This document shows, piece after piece, positions 10,685 through 19,531 of a stretch of DNA of 64,000 nt. Below the pieces are notes generated by a model, which was not told the DNA's origin, did not search any database, and saw only the letters and a list, made by a program, of their open reading frames with translations. The translations under genes and the position numbers were made by a program. Within the stretch, counting starts at the first letter, position 1. Every line of letters begins with the position of its first letter. Location of the stretch: positions 36 to 64,035 of the forward strand of contig JBMNJJ010000009.1 of NCBI GenBank assembly GCA_050951605.1, read 5' to 3'. The stretch is from Peptococcia bacterium (GTDB lineage Bacteria; Bacillota; Peptococcia; DRI-13; DTU073).

Positions 10685-11899
10685 ATGATTATCTCACTCC
10701 GTGCCTTAAGCTATGCTGACTTAAAGAAACAAATAGCAGCGGACGATAAAGTGGTAATTATTAGCTGTAATACTTGTGTCAAGGCTTGTGGAGTTGGCGG
10801 AAGGCAAAATATGAGTACACTGGAAAAGATGTTAAAGGCAGACGGGTATACGGTTTTAGGGAAAGATTTAATCAGCATTGGCTGTACTTTAAACCTTGTT
10901 GAAAGACACAGACAGGACCCTAAAAAGAAAGAGATGTATGAGGCGGCTACAGTAATCATTCCGTTGATTTGTGAAGATGGTCTAAAAGCTGTGCAAGCCG
11001 TTTTTAGAGATAAAAAGGTTATTCCCATCGCTAAAACTTTAGGGACAGGAAACTTTACAATGGAGAGGGGTGTGGTTTTGACTCATCCTTTTGAAAGTAC
11101 AGGATTAGCAAAAAATCTTGAAGGATATGACCTGTCCGAAGTTGCTGAAACCCTTAATTTATATGAATATTTCTTTGATGAAGATGAGGCGGCGGCACAG
11201 GAAGAAGAATATGTTACCGTGACTATTAATGGTGAACAGGTAACTGCTTTAAAAGGGCAAAATTTATTAGAACTTTGTTTGGAAAATGATATTAATGTTC
11301 CTCACCTTTGTTATGACCCGGAATTATCAGAGGCGGGAGCATGTAGGTTATGTTTGGTAAAAATAAAGGGCAGAAGAGACCTTACGCCTTCCTGTTGTAC
11401 ACATGTGGAAGAAGGAATGGAAATTATAACAGAGGATGAAGAACTTTATAACTGCAGACGTGTAATTTTGGAATTGGCCATGTCTTCCAAACATCATAAT
11501 TGTCTTACTTGTTCCAAAGGAGTTCCTACACAGATTGGTAGTTGTGACTTTCAATCTCTGATTAGAAGTTTTGGCATTGAAAAAAGCAGGTATGAAGAAA
11601 ATAAAGAAGAGGTACCGGTTGACAACTCCAGCCCTGTCATTGCTTATGACCCTAATAAATGTGTTTTATGTGGACGTTGTGTACGTGCTTGTGAAGAAAT
11701 TGCCGGACAAGGTAATTTAGGGTTTATCAATAGAGGGCCGGAAACAGTAGTGGCGGCAGGACTTAATGTTAAAATGAAACAAAGTGACTGTGCCGCTTGT
11801 ATGGCTTGTGTTAACGTATGTCCCACCGGTGCGTTAACAGAAAAAGTACTTCATTTTAGAGGCAAGGACTGGAAACCAACTAAAGTATATTGTGGCTAA
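10685..11899 (+). CDS. MetV-N-like domain fused to NuoG/HydA-type Fe-S relay with no catalytic domain
   Basis: N-term SCNTC..CG.GG..GC..IC; then VPHLC..GACRLC..SC [2Fe-2S], H..CLTC..CDFQ, KCVLCGRCVRAC, CAACMACVNVCPTGAL; stops 18 aa later. Confidence 0.8.
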   Translation: MIISLRALSYADLKKQIAADDKVVIISCNTCVKACGVGGRQNMSTLEKMLKADGYTVLGKDLISIGCTLNLVERHRQDPKKKEMYEAATVIIPLICEDGLKAVQAVFRDKKVIPIAKTLGTGNFTMERGVVLTHPFESTGLAKNLEGYDLSEVAETLNLYEYFFDEDEAAAQEEEYVTVTINGEQVTALKGQNLLELCLENDINVPHLCYDPELSEAGACRLCLVKIKGRRDLTPSCCTHVEEGMEIITEDEELYNCRRVILELAMSSKHHNCLTCSKGVPTQIGSCDFQSLIRSFGIEKSRYEENKEEVPVDNSSPVIAYDPNKCVLCGRCVRACEEIAGQGNLGFINRGPETVVAAGLNVKMKQSDCAACMACVNVCPTGALTEKVLHFRGKDWKPTKVYCG

Positions 11900-11910
11900 A
11901 GTTGACCCAA

Positions 11911-11950
11911 GAAAAAGGCTGTGTGAAAGTTTGCGTACACAGCCTTTTTT
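11911..11950. terminator. Bidirectional terminator
   Basis: aaaaaggctgtgt...acacagcctttttt between convergent operons. Confidence 0.8.
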
Positions 11951-11968
11951 GGTACTTGCAAACTAATG

Positions 11969-12985
11969 TTAAAACAAGGTTAAAATATCTTCATAGATCT
12001 GTTTTTCTTCCTCGGGTGGCTGGAGCGAACTGATAACTTGTTTAATGTTTTGGGTTTTGAATTTTACTCCCGGCAAAACAGCTGTAAGTTTGTCTACAAA
12101 AGAGGTATAAAGTGCATCTGAATATATTTTAACCTTATGGATATAACCATTTTTTAAATTTAAACCTATTTGTATTTCACCCCAGGAAAATCTTTGTTCA
12201 TAAGACACATCAAAAGCAGGACTCTCTCCGTAGGTCCAGGACCAGGAAGAGTATTTTTTATATATTGGAGCGAAAGTAGCACCCAGAAGATGGTCTGTAG
12301 CCATATTTTCAGTAAACTTATGGGAGTTTGCAGTTTTGCCATAAAGTTGCTCAAAACAGTTAAAAATGCTTAATTTTACTTTATCAACAGTAATCTCACG
12401 CTTAACAGAATGGAGATTAATAACTCTGGACTTTACAGAATCGATACCTTTGGAAATGATTTTTTCCTTGGAAGGTTGCAGATACTCTGAAAGTTTAGAT
12501 AGATCGGAGTTGATAAGTATGGTGCCGTGGTGGTATGCTGCTTCGTCTTCAAAGTAATAGGCATTGCCGGAAAACTTTTTTCCCTTCAATAAGAGGTCAT
12601 TTCTTCCGGAGAATTTAGCCTTAAGACCAAAAGAATTAACGGCTTGGAGAATAACAGTTAGCTGTTTTTTGAGGTCATAAAGCTCTTTTCTCATAATAAA
12701 TGTAAAATTTAAATTACCCAAGTCGTGATAAACAGCTCCACCGCCGGATAATCTTCTAGCCAGTTTAACTCCTTCATGACTCATTTTGTTAATTTTACAT
12801 TCTTGCCAGGGGTTTTGATTTCTACCGATCACCACGGTATTTTTGTTTTGCCAAAGATACAAGATTACTTCATTTGCAGTAACATTGTCTAAAAGAAATT
12901 CTTCCAGGGCTAAATTAAACCAGGGGTTAAAACTTGTGGAGGTAACAAAGGTATTATTCTGAGCTTTCAATCTTAGCCAGGACAT
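11969..12985 (-). CDS. lplA: Lipoate-protein ligase A
   Basis: NLALEE, VVIGRNQNPW, RRLSGGGAVYHDLGN, GRNDL..GKKFSGNA, HHGT. Confidence 0.93.
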   Translation of the reverse strand: MSWLRLKAQNNTFVTSTSFNPWFNLALEEFLLDNVTANEVILYLWQNKNTVVIGRNQNPWQECKINKMSHEGVKLARRLSGGGAVYHDLGNLNFTFIMRKELYDLKKQLTVILQAVNSFGLKAKFSGRNDLLLKGKKFSGNAYYFEDEAAYHHGTILINSDLSKLSEYLQPSKEKIISKGIDSVKSRVINLHSVKREITVDKVKLSIFNCFEQLYGKTANSHKFTENMATDHLLGATFAPIYKKYSSWSWTYGESPAFDVSYEQRFSWGEIQIGLNLKNGYIHKVKIYSDALYTSFVDKLTAVLPGVKFKTQNIKQVISSLQPPEEEKQIYEDILTLF

Positions 12986-13196
12986 CTCCTATTTTAACTT
13001 TATCACCTTCAGAAACAACGATTTCGCTTATCGTGCCGTTAACTTTGGCTTTTATAGGAGTATTTCCTTTACCGGCTTCAATTTGACAAATCTTATCACC
13101 TATTTTCACTGTGTCGCCGACTTTTTTGGCGATTTTACCAACTTTACCTTCTTTTACATTGCCGTTTAATTTGTCAACTGTAATATCAGTAGTCAT
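12954..13196 (-). CDS. Stand-alone lipoyl/biotinyl carrier domain protein
   Basis: GD.VK.GD....IEAGKG...IKA...G.I..I.V.EGD.V..GD.L pattern with the conserved Lys. Confidence 0.85.
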   Translation of the reverse strand: MTTDITVDKLNGNVKEGKVGKIAKKVGDTVKIGDKICQIEAGKGNTPIKAKVNGTISEIVVSEGDKVKIGDVLAKIESSE

Positions 13197-13232
13197 GATT
13201 GTTCACCTCATTACTTTTGCTTTTAATTTGTT

Positions 13233-13598
13233 TTATTGGAAGTCTTGTTCGAATTCATCAAGACTGTCTTTGAGCAAGGTAACAGTATAGGCCATTGCCG
13301 GTCCGCCACCGAAGGCTACGGAGACCATAGCAGCATCAAGAATTTCATCACGTGTGGCGCCGGCTTCAAGAGCTTTGTAAGTATGGTAAACTATGCAATA
13401 GACACATCTGTTATAAATAGCGATACCTACACTGATTAATTCTTTAGTTTTAGTATCTAAAGCATTGTCTTGATAAACGGTACCCAATAAGTTCATAAAA
13501 GCTCCAACGGCGTCTTGTGTTGATTCACCTAGATTTTGCAGTCCTCCTGTAAAGGCATTTAACATTTCTCTTGGATTATTAGCCATAACTTTACACAT
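13233..13598 (-). CDS. Carboxymuconolactone decarboxylase/AhpD-like protein with CxxC
   Basis: ALDTKTKELI, CVYCIVYH, AGATRDEI, GGGPA. Confidence 0.88.
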   Translation of the reverse strand: MCKVMANNPREMLNAFTGGLQNLGESTQDAVGAFMNLLGTVYQDNALDTKTKELISVGIAIYNRCVYCIVYHTYKALEAGATRDEILDAAMVSVAFGGGPAMAYTVTLLKDSLDEFEQDFQ

Positions 13599-13669
13599 CC
13601 TTTGCGTTAAATTATTTTAGATACATATAGAAATGCCCATTTTAAAAAATATTTATGTATTAAAAAATT

Positions 13670-13873
13670 AAAACTCCTACAAAGGTGCGTGTTGCTCTTT
13701 TGGTAAGAGTTTTAATTTTGGGGAGTAGTTGTTTTTTATTTTACGGAAGAGGTTGCGGATAAGGTTCACAATATTGTTTACGTATGCTATAGTAAAAAAT
13801 AAAAGGTAATGAAGTTTACCTTTTAAGCTAATGACTCTTACAAAGGTGTGTCGCTCTTTTTGTAGGAGTTTTA
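13670..13873. repeat. Two copies of a ~40-bp imperfect palindrome in a divergent intergenic region
   Basis: actcctacaaaggtgcgtgttgctcttttggtaagagtttta (13673-13714) and actcttacaaaggtgtgtcgctctttttgtaggagtttta (13834-13873). Confidence 0.75.
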
Positions 13874-13899
13874 GTTTTACTTGCTGGGAGGCGTTGATA

Positions 13900-14556
13900 G
13901 TGGCTTTATTGGAATTGCAAAATGTATCATACCAAAATGAAAATAAAAGCATTCTCAAAAATATATCATTACAAATAGATGCGGGTGATTATCTTTCTAT
14001 TATAGGACCTTCGGGTAGTGGCAAAAGTACATTTTTGAAGCTTTGTGCTCATTTGTTAAGTCCTACGGAAGGAAAGATTTTCTTTAAGGGGAAAGACTTT
14101 AGAGAATATAACCCGTTAGAGTTAAGGAGAAAGATTGGTTACTGTGCACAAACACCTTGTTTGTTTGGGGATACAGTGGAAGACAATCTTTCTTTCCCTT
14201 ATTTAATAAGGAAGCAAAAAGTTGACTTAGCTAGAGTAGAAGCATTGTTTTCTAGTTTTAATCTGGACTTTGAATTTATGAAAAAGGATGTACAAAGTCT
14301 TTCCGGTGGTGAAAAACAGAGAATCGCTTTAATTAGAACATTGTTATTTAAACCGGAAATTCTTCTTTTAGATGAAGTAAGTTCAGCATTAGATGTTGCG
14401 AATACTTTATTTGTGGAAAAAGTCATTAGTTCCTTAAACAAAACAGGTACCACCGTTTTATGGATAACTCATGACTTAGAACAGAGTAGAAAGTATGCTC
14501 ATAAATTATTAACACTTGAAAATGGTGAAATCAAAGCATGGGAGGTTTTAAGATGA
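13900..14556 (+). CDS. fetA: ABC transporter ATP-binding protein, FetA/YbbL-like
   Basis: GPSGSGKST, LSGGEKQR, LLLDE, WITHD; GTG start after GGGAGG. Confidence 0.85.
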   Translation: MALLELQNVSYQNENKSILKNISLQIDAGDYLSIIGPSGSGKSTFLKLCAHLLSPTEGKIFFKGKDFREYNPLELRRKIGYCAQTPCLFGDTVEDNLSFPYLIRKQKVDLARVEALFSSFNLDFEFMKKDVQSLSGGEKQRIALIRTLLFKPEILLLDEVSSALDVANTLFVEKVISSLNKTGTTVLWITHDLEQSRKYAHKLLTLENGEIKAWEVLR

Positions 14557-15317
14557 ATTCAGGGGCGGCGATTAGTATATCTTCTCTTTTTATGGCGTCT
14601 TCACTGGTGGTAGTTTCTCTTTTGTTTTCTTATTTTCAAAAATTAGGGTTGGAAAAAGAAACGTTAATCAGTGTGGGGAGAGCTATTATTCAGCTCATTA
14701 TTGTAGGTTATATTCTTGAATATGTTTTCGGACAGCATAGTCCTGTGTTCACAACTTTACTACTTGTTTTTATGACCTTTAATGCTGCCTATAATGCGGC
14801 TAAAAGAGGGAAGAGGATTAGGAATGGTTTATTGATTTCTTTTGTTTCTATAGCCCTAGGAGCAATTATTACTTTATCTGTGCTTTTGTTATCCGGAGCG
14901 ATACAATATGAGCCGTTTCAAATCATTCCCATTGGGGGCATGATTATCAGTAATGCCATGATAGCCTTAGGACTTTGTTACCGGCGCTTGACTTCTGATT
15001 TTAAAGATAAAAGAGAAGAAGTAGAAGCAAAATTAGCTTTAGGAGCAGATATTTTACCAGCATCTTTGGAGATAATTAGGGATGCTATTCGTACGGGAAT
15101 GTTACCTATGATTGATTCGGCTAAGACTTTGGGAATTGTTGCTTTGCCCGGTATGATGACCGGGCTTATTTTAGCGGGAGTGTCCCCCGTAATGGCTATT
15201 CGTTATCAGATTATGGTTACTTTTATGATGCTATCGACCACGGCGATTGCTTCTTTTATGGCTTGCTATTTAGCTTATCGAACTTTCTTTAACCAGAGGA
15301 AACAGCTGATTAATTGA
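14553..15317 (+). CDS. fetB: Iron export ABC permease FetB/YbbM
   Basis: RAIIQL..VGYIL, IIPIGGMIISNAM, KTLGIVALPGMMTGLILAG. Confidence 0.9.
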   Translation: MNSGAAISISSLFMASSLVVVSLLFSYFQKLGLEKETLISVGRAIIQLIIVGYILEYVFGQHSPVFTTLLLVFMTFNAAYNAAKRGKRIRNGLLISFVSIALGAIITLSVLLLSGAIQYEPFQIIPIGGMIISNAMIALGLCYRRLTSDFKDKREEVEAKLALGADILPASLEIIRDAIRTGMLPMIDSAKTLGIVALPGMMTGLILAGVSPVMAIRYQIMVTFMMLSTTAIASFMACYLAYRTFFNQRKQLIN

Positions 15318-15406
15318 CAAGAAAAAGAAATCTGTTAAAATATAGCATATATGGAAGAGCAGTGTTAGAAAAAGGCTATGGGAATTTTATTTCAATAGCC
15401 TTTTTC
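15314..15406 (+). promoter_or_regulatory. Promoter-leader-hairpin element, copy A
   Basis: TTGACA-N16-TAAAAT (extended -10 TG), leader atagcatatatggaagag, hairpin aaaaggctat..atagcctttt upstream of RBS. Confidence 0.75.
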
Positions 15407-15427
15407 TTTGTTGAGGAGGAAGAAATA

Positions 15428-16318
15428 ATGAAGAAAAAGAGAGTCATGATTTTGCTTTTGGGAGTAATGTTGGGGTTAGCTCTACCTGTTTGGGCTACTA
15501 CACCTGATGTACGTGTTTATGTGGATGAGGTAGAAGTAGTTTTTCCTGACCAAAAACCATTGATCAATGCCGATAATCGTACTTTAGTACCACTTAGATT
15601 TGTTTCTCAGGCTTTAGGTGGTAAGGTAGAGTGGTTTAAAGAGACGAAAACAGTAGAGATGAAGCATGCAGGAGAAACAATCTTGCTGACAGTCGGCGAG
15701 AGGTTTGCCCGCAAAGGCCAGGAAAAAATCACTCTCGATACAACAGCAACAATTATGGGGGATCGCACCATGGTACCTTTGCGTTATGTGAGTGAATGCT
15801 TGGGTGCTCATGTTTACTGGAATGGAACTAAACGAAAAGTATTTATTACGACCCAATTGCCTTCCGTTAATGAGTTTGTGGGGCTTCCTTTTAAACCCAG
15901 TGATTTGCCTTTTAAAGGGGGAAGCAGGCCTTTAGAACGTTCAGACCTACCTTCAGCAAGGATTCAATATGTAAAAGTTTCAGAGTTGCCAGTAAAATTA
16001 AGTAAAAATTATACGATATATGACGTTAATGTTGATACTAAATATATATACATAAAACAGTTTTGTGATGTTAAAATTCCGGCTCCTTTATATATGGTAG
16101 AAAATGGGCAATTAAACAGGAATAGATGTTATACAAGTGATTTTCAAGAAAGTGTTGTTTTTACTTATAAATATCCTGTGCAGTCGAGATTAGAACAAGC
16201 GACGGGAGATAAGCCTGTAGATCTAAGTAAAATTGAAGGTTTTACTTTACACACGCTTAGTGATGGTAATTTTAGAATGCTAGTCATTGAGAATCCTCTT
16301 TACCAAGGAGGAGAATAG
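15428..16318 (+). CDS. Secreted copper-amine-oxidase N-terminal (stalk) domain protein, copy 1
   Basis: Signal peptide; FPDQKP..NRTLVPLRFVSQALG, RTMVPLRYVSECLGA.V.W; unknown C-terminal domain. Confidence 0.88.
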   Translation: MKKKRVMILLLGVMLGLALPVWATTPDVRVYVDEVEVVFPDQKPLINADNRTLVPLRFVSQALGGKVEWFKETKTVEMKHAGETILLTVGERFARKGQEKITLDTTATIMGDRTMVPLRYVSECLGAHVYWNGTKRKVFITTQLPSVNEFVGLPFKPSDLPFKGGSRPLERSDLPSARIQYVKVSELPVKLSKNYTIYDVNVDTKYIYIKQFCDVKIPAPLYMVENGQLNRNRCYTSDFQESVVFTYKYPVQSRLEQATGDKPVDLSKIEGFTLHTLSDGNFRMLVIENPLYQGGE

Positions 16319-18003
16319 TGGTGAAACGGGTTTTCTGGTTGGGGGTATTAACCTTTTTATTTTTTTCTTTACCTGTCTGGGCGCAAGAGGTGCCGGAAGA
16401 AGTGTTTTTAGGTGAAAGAATTGATGTGGGTTGTTTTAATATTTGGTTACATGCCGATGGCCGGACGTGGCAGAATACAGATGGCCAGCCGGGTCCGGAA
16501 GAGCCTTATGCCGGGACGGATTTAGATAATGATCCGCAAAAAGAAAAGTATTTACGCTATGTTACTTTTCAAGCTGAGCCTAATCAAGAATGGGAAAAGA
16601 GTTACGAGAATATTCGGGCGGAAGCAAGTGTTGATTGGTTTAAGACATTTACCAAAGAAGATTATGAGGTGGCCGGTGGTGCCGGGAAAGCAAGTAAAGA
16701 TGGACAAGAGTACGTTTCCCTAGAGTATGACCTTTTTTTTCCGCAAGTATGGGAACGTAGACCACATAGTTATCAATTAGCTCCTGAAATTTCGCCCTTA
16801 ACTGTTAAATTTTATTTACATGATAAAAGGCAAGCTGAAGATGTCAAACAAGAGGACCAGCTAGAGTTGGTAGAAGGTTGGCGGTGGTATTTGCCGGTCC
16901 ATCTCAAATTTTATGGTGTGCCTAAGCCTTTAGTTATAGATTTAGAAGCGGTAGAGATAAGACAAACTAGCCCTGTGCAGACGAATACCGAGCAGATAGC
17001 TACGGCTGTCTTGCGCAATAATGGTGATTGTTCAGAACAATTTACAGCTCAATATTTTGCCGATGGTAAAAAAATAGGTAGTGAAGTCTTAACTTTAGAA
17101 GCGGGAGAAAGTTGTACACGAAACTTTAATTGGCAAGCTCCGGCACAGGCGGGAAAATGCACCTTAAAGATAGAGGTGGTGCCGGTAGAGGGAGAAGTTA
17201 ATATAAGCAATAATATTAAAACGGCTTCGATTATGGTGGAGGAGCCTAATTTCATTGCTCCGCAATGTGACTTTATGAATATTGATGAAAATGAATGGTC
17301 GGAAACATATCATTGGCAAGAGAAACGTAACTGTAGCTATACTGATGATAATGGAGTGTATCATCCTGCAACTTGTACTAGCTCCAAAGAAAAAACAGTC
17401 ACTTATCAAGAAAAGCTCACGGTAGATTTTAGTATTAATACGAAACAGGGGGACCCTAATGGAGGTAGGGAAAGTCGCGGTTATTGGGAAATCTATCCTG
17501 ATACGCAAAACCGAGAACCGAAATATAATTCACAGCGTAAAATTAGCATCCATAGGCAGGACCCCAATAAAGTAACGCGGTCGGGTTATGGTTATGACTT
17601 AACAGTCAAGACAACATATTGGACTGATTGGGAAACGAAGGTACCTAGTAAAGCTAAGGCTAAAGGAGGGAGGTTTTCCGGACCACAACTCGTTGTGGTG
17701 CAATTTCAGGATCGTAATGAGATTGAAAAATTGGTTCCTGTAAAAACAGAAACCAAAGGAAAGAGTGTGCTTACTACTTGGAAATTGCCGAAAACAAGTC
17801 ATACTTTTCCCGATGGGGAAACAATTTGGGAGACTAAACATTATACTGATGTTAGCCTCCCTGATGGAGAATATTTAGTAAGGGCTATTGTTTCGCCGTG
17901 TGGGCAAGGAATAGGGGAAATTTGTCAGGATGATTATGTGTTCATTTACGGTAGTGTGTATGATGATATTTATACTCGCCCGGCGAAAGAAAGTGAGTGG
18001 TGA
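16318..18003 (+). CDS. Secreted CARDB-domain protein with C-terminal SGYG...HYT...PDG.Y...GS.YDD domain, copy 1
   Basis: Signal peptide; DL...V.N.G...L..GES....W...G...E....NN CARDB pattern at aa ~208-308. Confidence 0.75.
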   Translation: MVKRVFWLGVLTFLFFSLPVWAQEVPEEVFLGERIDVGCFNIWLHADGRTWQNTDGQPGPEEPYAGTDLDNDPQKEKYLRYVTFQAEPNQEWEKSYENIRAEASVDWFKTFTKEDYEVAGGAGKASKDGQEYVSLEYDLFFPQVWERRPHSYQLAPEISPLTVKFYLHDKRQAEDVKQEDQLELVEGWRWYLPVHLKFYGVPKPLVIDLEAVEIRQTSPVQTNTEQIATAVLRNNGDCSEQFTAQYFADGKKIGSEVLTLEAGESCTRNFNWQAPAQAGKCTLKIEVVPVEGEVNISNNIKTASIMVEEPNFIAPQCDFMNIDENEWSETYHWQEKRNCSYTDDNGVYHPATCTSSKEKTVTYQEKLTVDFSINTKQGDPNGGRESRGYWEIYPDTQNREPKYNSQRKISIHRQDPNKVTRSGYGYDLTVKTTYWTDWETKVPSKAKAKGGRFSGPQLVVVQFQDRNEIEKLVPVKTETKGKSVLTTWKLPKTSHTFPDGETIWETKHYTDVSLPDGEYLVRAIVSPCGQGIGEICQDDYVFIYGSVYDDIYTRPAKESEW

Positions 18004-18017
18004 ATTTTTACTGCTTA

Positions 18018-18246
18018 GTGAACCTCTCCCACTTATAGAAGATGGGGCTTCAAAGATATCACCATCCTAAATCCGAACGGTCTTCCGGTTAGGAAATCCT
18101 TGTCTACTAAGGACACTGTTCTCACCTCCTCCCCATATTTCGCCACAAACACAGGTTTGGAGTTAAGAGACAGTATTCATCCACCACCTATCTCTTGCTA
18201 AAGCAAGGAAGGAAGGGTTGAGGTGGCGGCCTTCTACTGAGCATTG
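18018..18246 (-). mobile_element. Non-autonomous IS200/IS605 miniature derivative (229 bp)
   Basis: Minus strand: TTTAT|caatgctcagtagaag left end; right-end hairpin gaagccccatcttctataagtgggagaggttcac; ends shared with the tnpB remnant at 22125-22754. Confidence 0.8.
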
Positions 18247-18259
18247 ATAAAATAATAAT

Positions 18260-18427
18260 ATGAACAAATACCTGTTATCATAGAAGAAAAGCGGTTGTTC
18301 TGATGAATAATAAACAAGATATCCTGTGGCCATTTACAGACCAAAGCCCAAAGATTTTACCAGAATGAAAGAACTTATTAGGGAAGCGATAATAGTGGCT
18401 TTGCGTATGGAAGGGGTGCGCGAATAA
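18260..18427 (+). pseudogene. Possible HicB-like antitoxin remnant
   Basis: Broken frames read MNKY..IIEE and MKELIREAI, reminiscent of HicB; weak. Confidence 0.3.
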
Positions 18428-18515
18428 GCACGTAATTTAAACCTATAGTTTTTGGGTACTAATCATGGTATAATATAAATGGAGACGAAATAGGTAGTAC
18501 AAAGCAGGTGAAATC

Positions 18516-18911
18516 ATGGATAGAGAAGTTTTGATTAATTATTGGGTTGAAACTGCCAATAGGGATTATAAAACTATGTTGAATTTATACAAAAGTAATG
18601 ATTATCACTGGAGTCTTTTTATAGGACATTTGGTTATCGAAAAGTTGCTTAAAGCTATATATGTTAAGAATATTGATGATAATCCACCTAGAATACATAA
18701 TTTACTAAGGTTAGCAGAGAAGGCACAAATTGATACAACTGAAGAGCAAAAAGATATATTGGATCTTATTACAACTTTTAATATAAATATAAGATATCCA
18801 GATTATAAACAAATGTTTTATAAGAAATGCGATTACGAATTTACAGCAGCTAATTTGCAAAAGATAAAGGAGTTGAGAATATGGCTTCTCACAATGATAG
18901 AAATAGAGTAG
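18516..18911 (+). CDS. HEPN domain protein
   Basis: W.LFIGHLVIEKLLKA, PPRIHNLLRLA, RYPD. Confidence 0.88.
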   Translation: MDREVLINYWVETANRDYKTMLNLYKSNDYHWSLFIGHLVIEKLLKAIYVKNIDDNPPRIHNLLRLAEKAQIDTTEEQKDILDLITTFNINIRYPDYKQMFYKKCDYEFTAANLQKIKELRIWLLTMIEIE

Positions 18912-19201
18912 AAGAAATTGTAAAAGAATATGGAAAATTAGTACAGGAAAAGGTAGATATAAAATATATATATTTATATGGTTCATATGCAAAAGGTACT
19001 CATTCACTAGATAGTGATATTGACATAGCTGTAATTGGAGATGATTTTATTGGAGATCCTATAGAAGATACCTTAATGTTAATGAGAATAAGAAGAAAAG
19101 TAGATAATAGAATTGAGCCTCGTTCATTTAAAACCAGTGAATTTAATTTATCTAATCCACTTGCAAGAGAAATAATAAGCACAGGAATAAAAATAATTTA
19201 G
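18881..19201 (+). CDS. Minimal nucleotidyltransferase (MNT), HEPN-MNT pair
   Basis: LYGSYAKG...DSDIDIAV; overlaps HEPN gene. Confidence 0.88.
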   Translation: MASHNDRNRVEEIVKEYGKLVQEKVDIKYIYLYGSYAKGTHSLDSDIDIAVIGDDFIGDPIEDTLMLMRIRRKVDNRIEPRSFKTSEFNLSNPLAREIISTGIKII

Positions 19202-19233
19202 GGTTTTTAAAACATTGATAAAAATGGAGATAT

Positions 19234-19421
19234 AAGTAGAAGCAAAATTAGCTTTAGGAGCAGATATTTTACCGGCATCTTTGGAGATAATTAGGGTTGC
19301 TATTTGTTATCGGATTATGGTTACTTTTATGATGCTCTCGACCACGGCAATTGCTTCTTTTATGGCTTGCTATTTCGCTTATCGAACTTTCTTTAATCAG
19401 AGGAAACAACTGATGAATTGA
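19234..19421 (+). pseudogene. fetB: Duplicated 3' fragment of fetB with 111-bp internal deletion
   Basis: Matches 15019-15317; the segment between the two gctattcgt microhomologies (15084 and 15195) is missing. Confidence 0.9.
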
Positions 19422-19511
19422 CAAGAAAAAGGAATCTGTTAAAATATAGCATATATGGAAGAGAAATATAAGAAAAAGGCTATGGGAATAAAATTCCCAT
19501 AGCCTTTTTCT
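19418..19511 (+). promoter_or_regulatory. Promoter-leader-hairpin element, copy B
   Basis: TTGACA-N16-TAAAAT; perfect 19-bp stem agaaaaaggctatgggaat-aaa-attcccatagcctttttct. Confidence 0.75.
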
Positions 19512-19531
19512 CTGTTGAGGAGGAAGAAATA

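Noticed and set aside
7955-11899. [FeFe]-hydrogenase, formate dehydrogenase or respiratory complex I operon
   Set aside because: No H-cluster motifs, molybdopterin domain or membrane Nuo subunits
15314-15427. 38-aa N-terminal extension of the stalk protein given in the ORF track
   Set aside because: The TTG is the -35 box; the strong RBS, signal peptide and copy 2 all support ATG 15428
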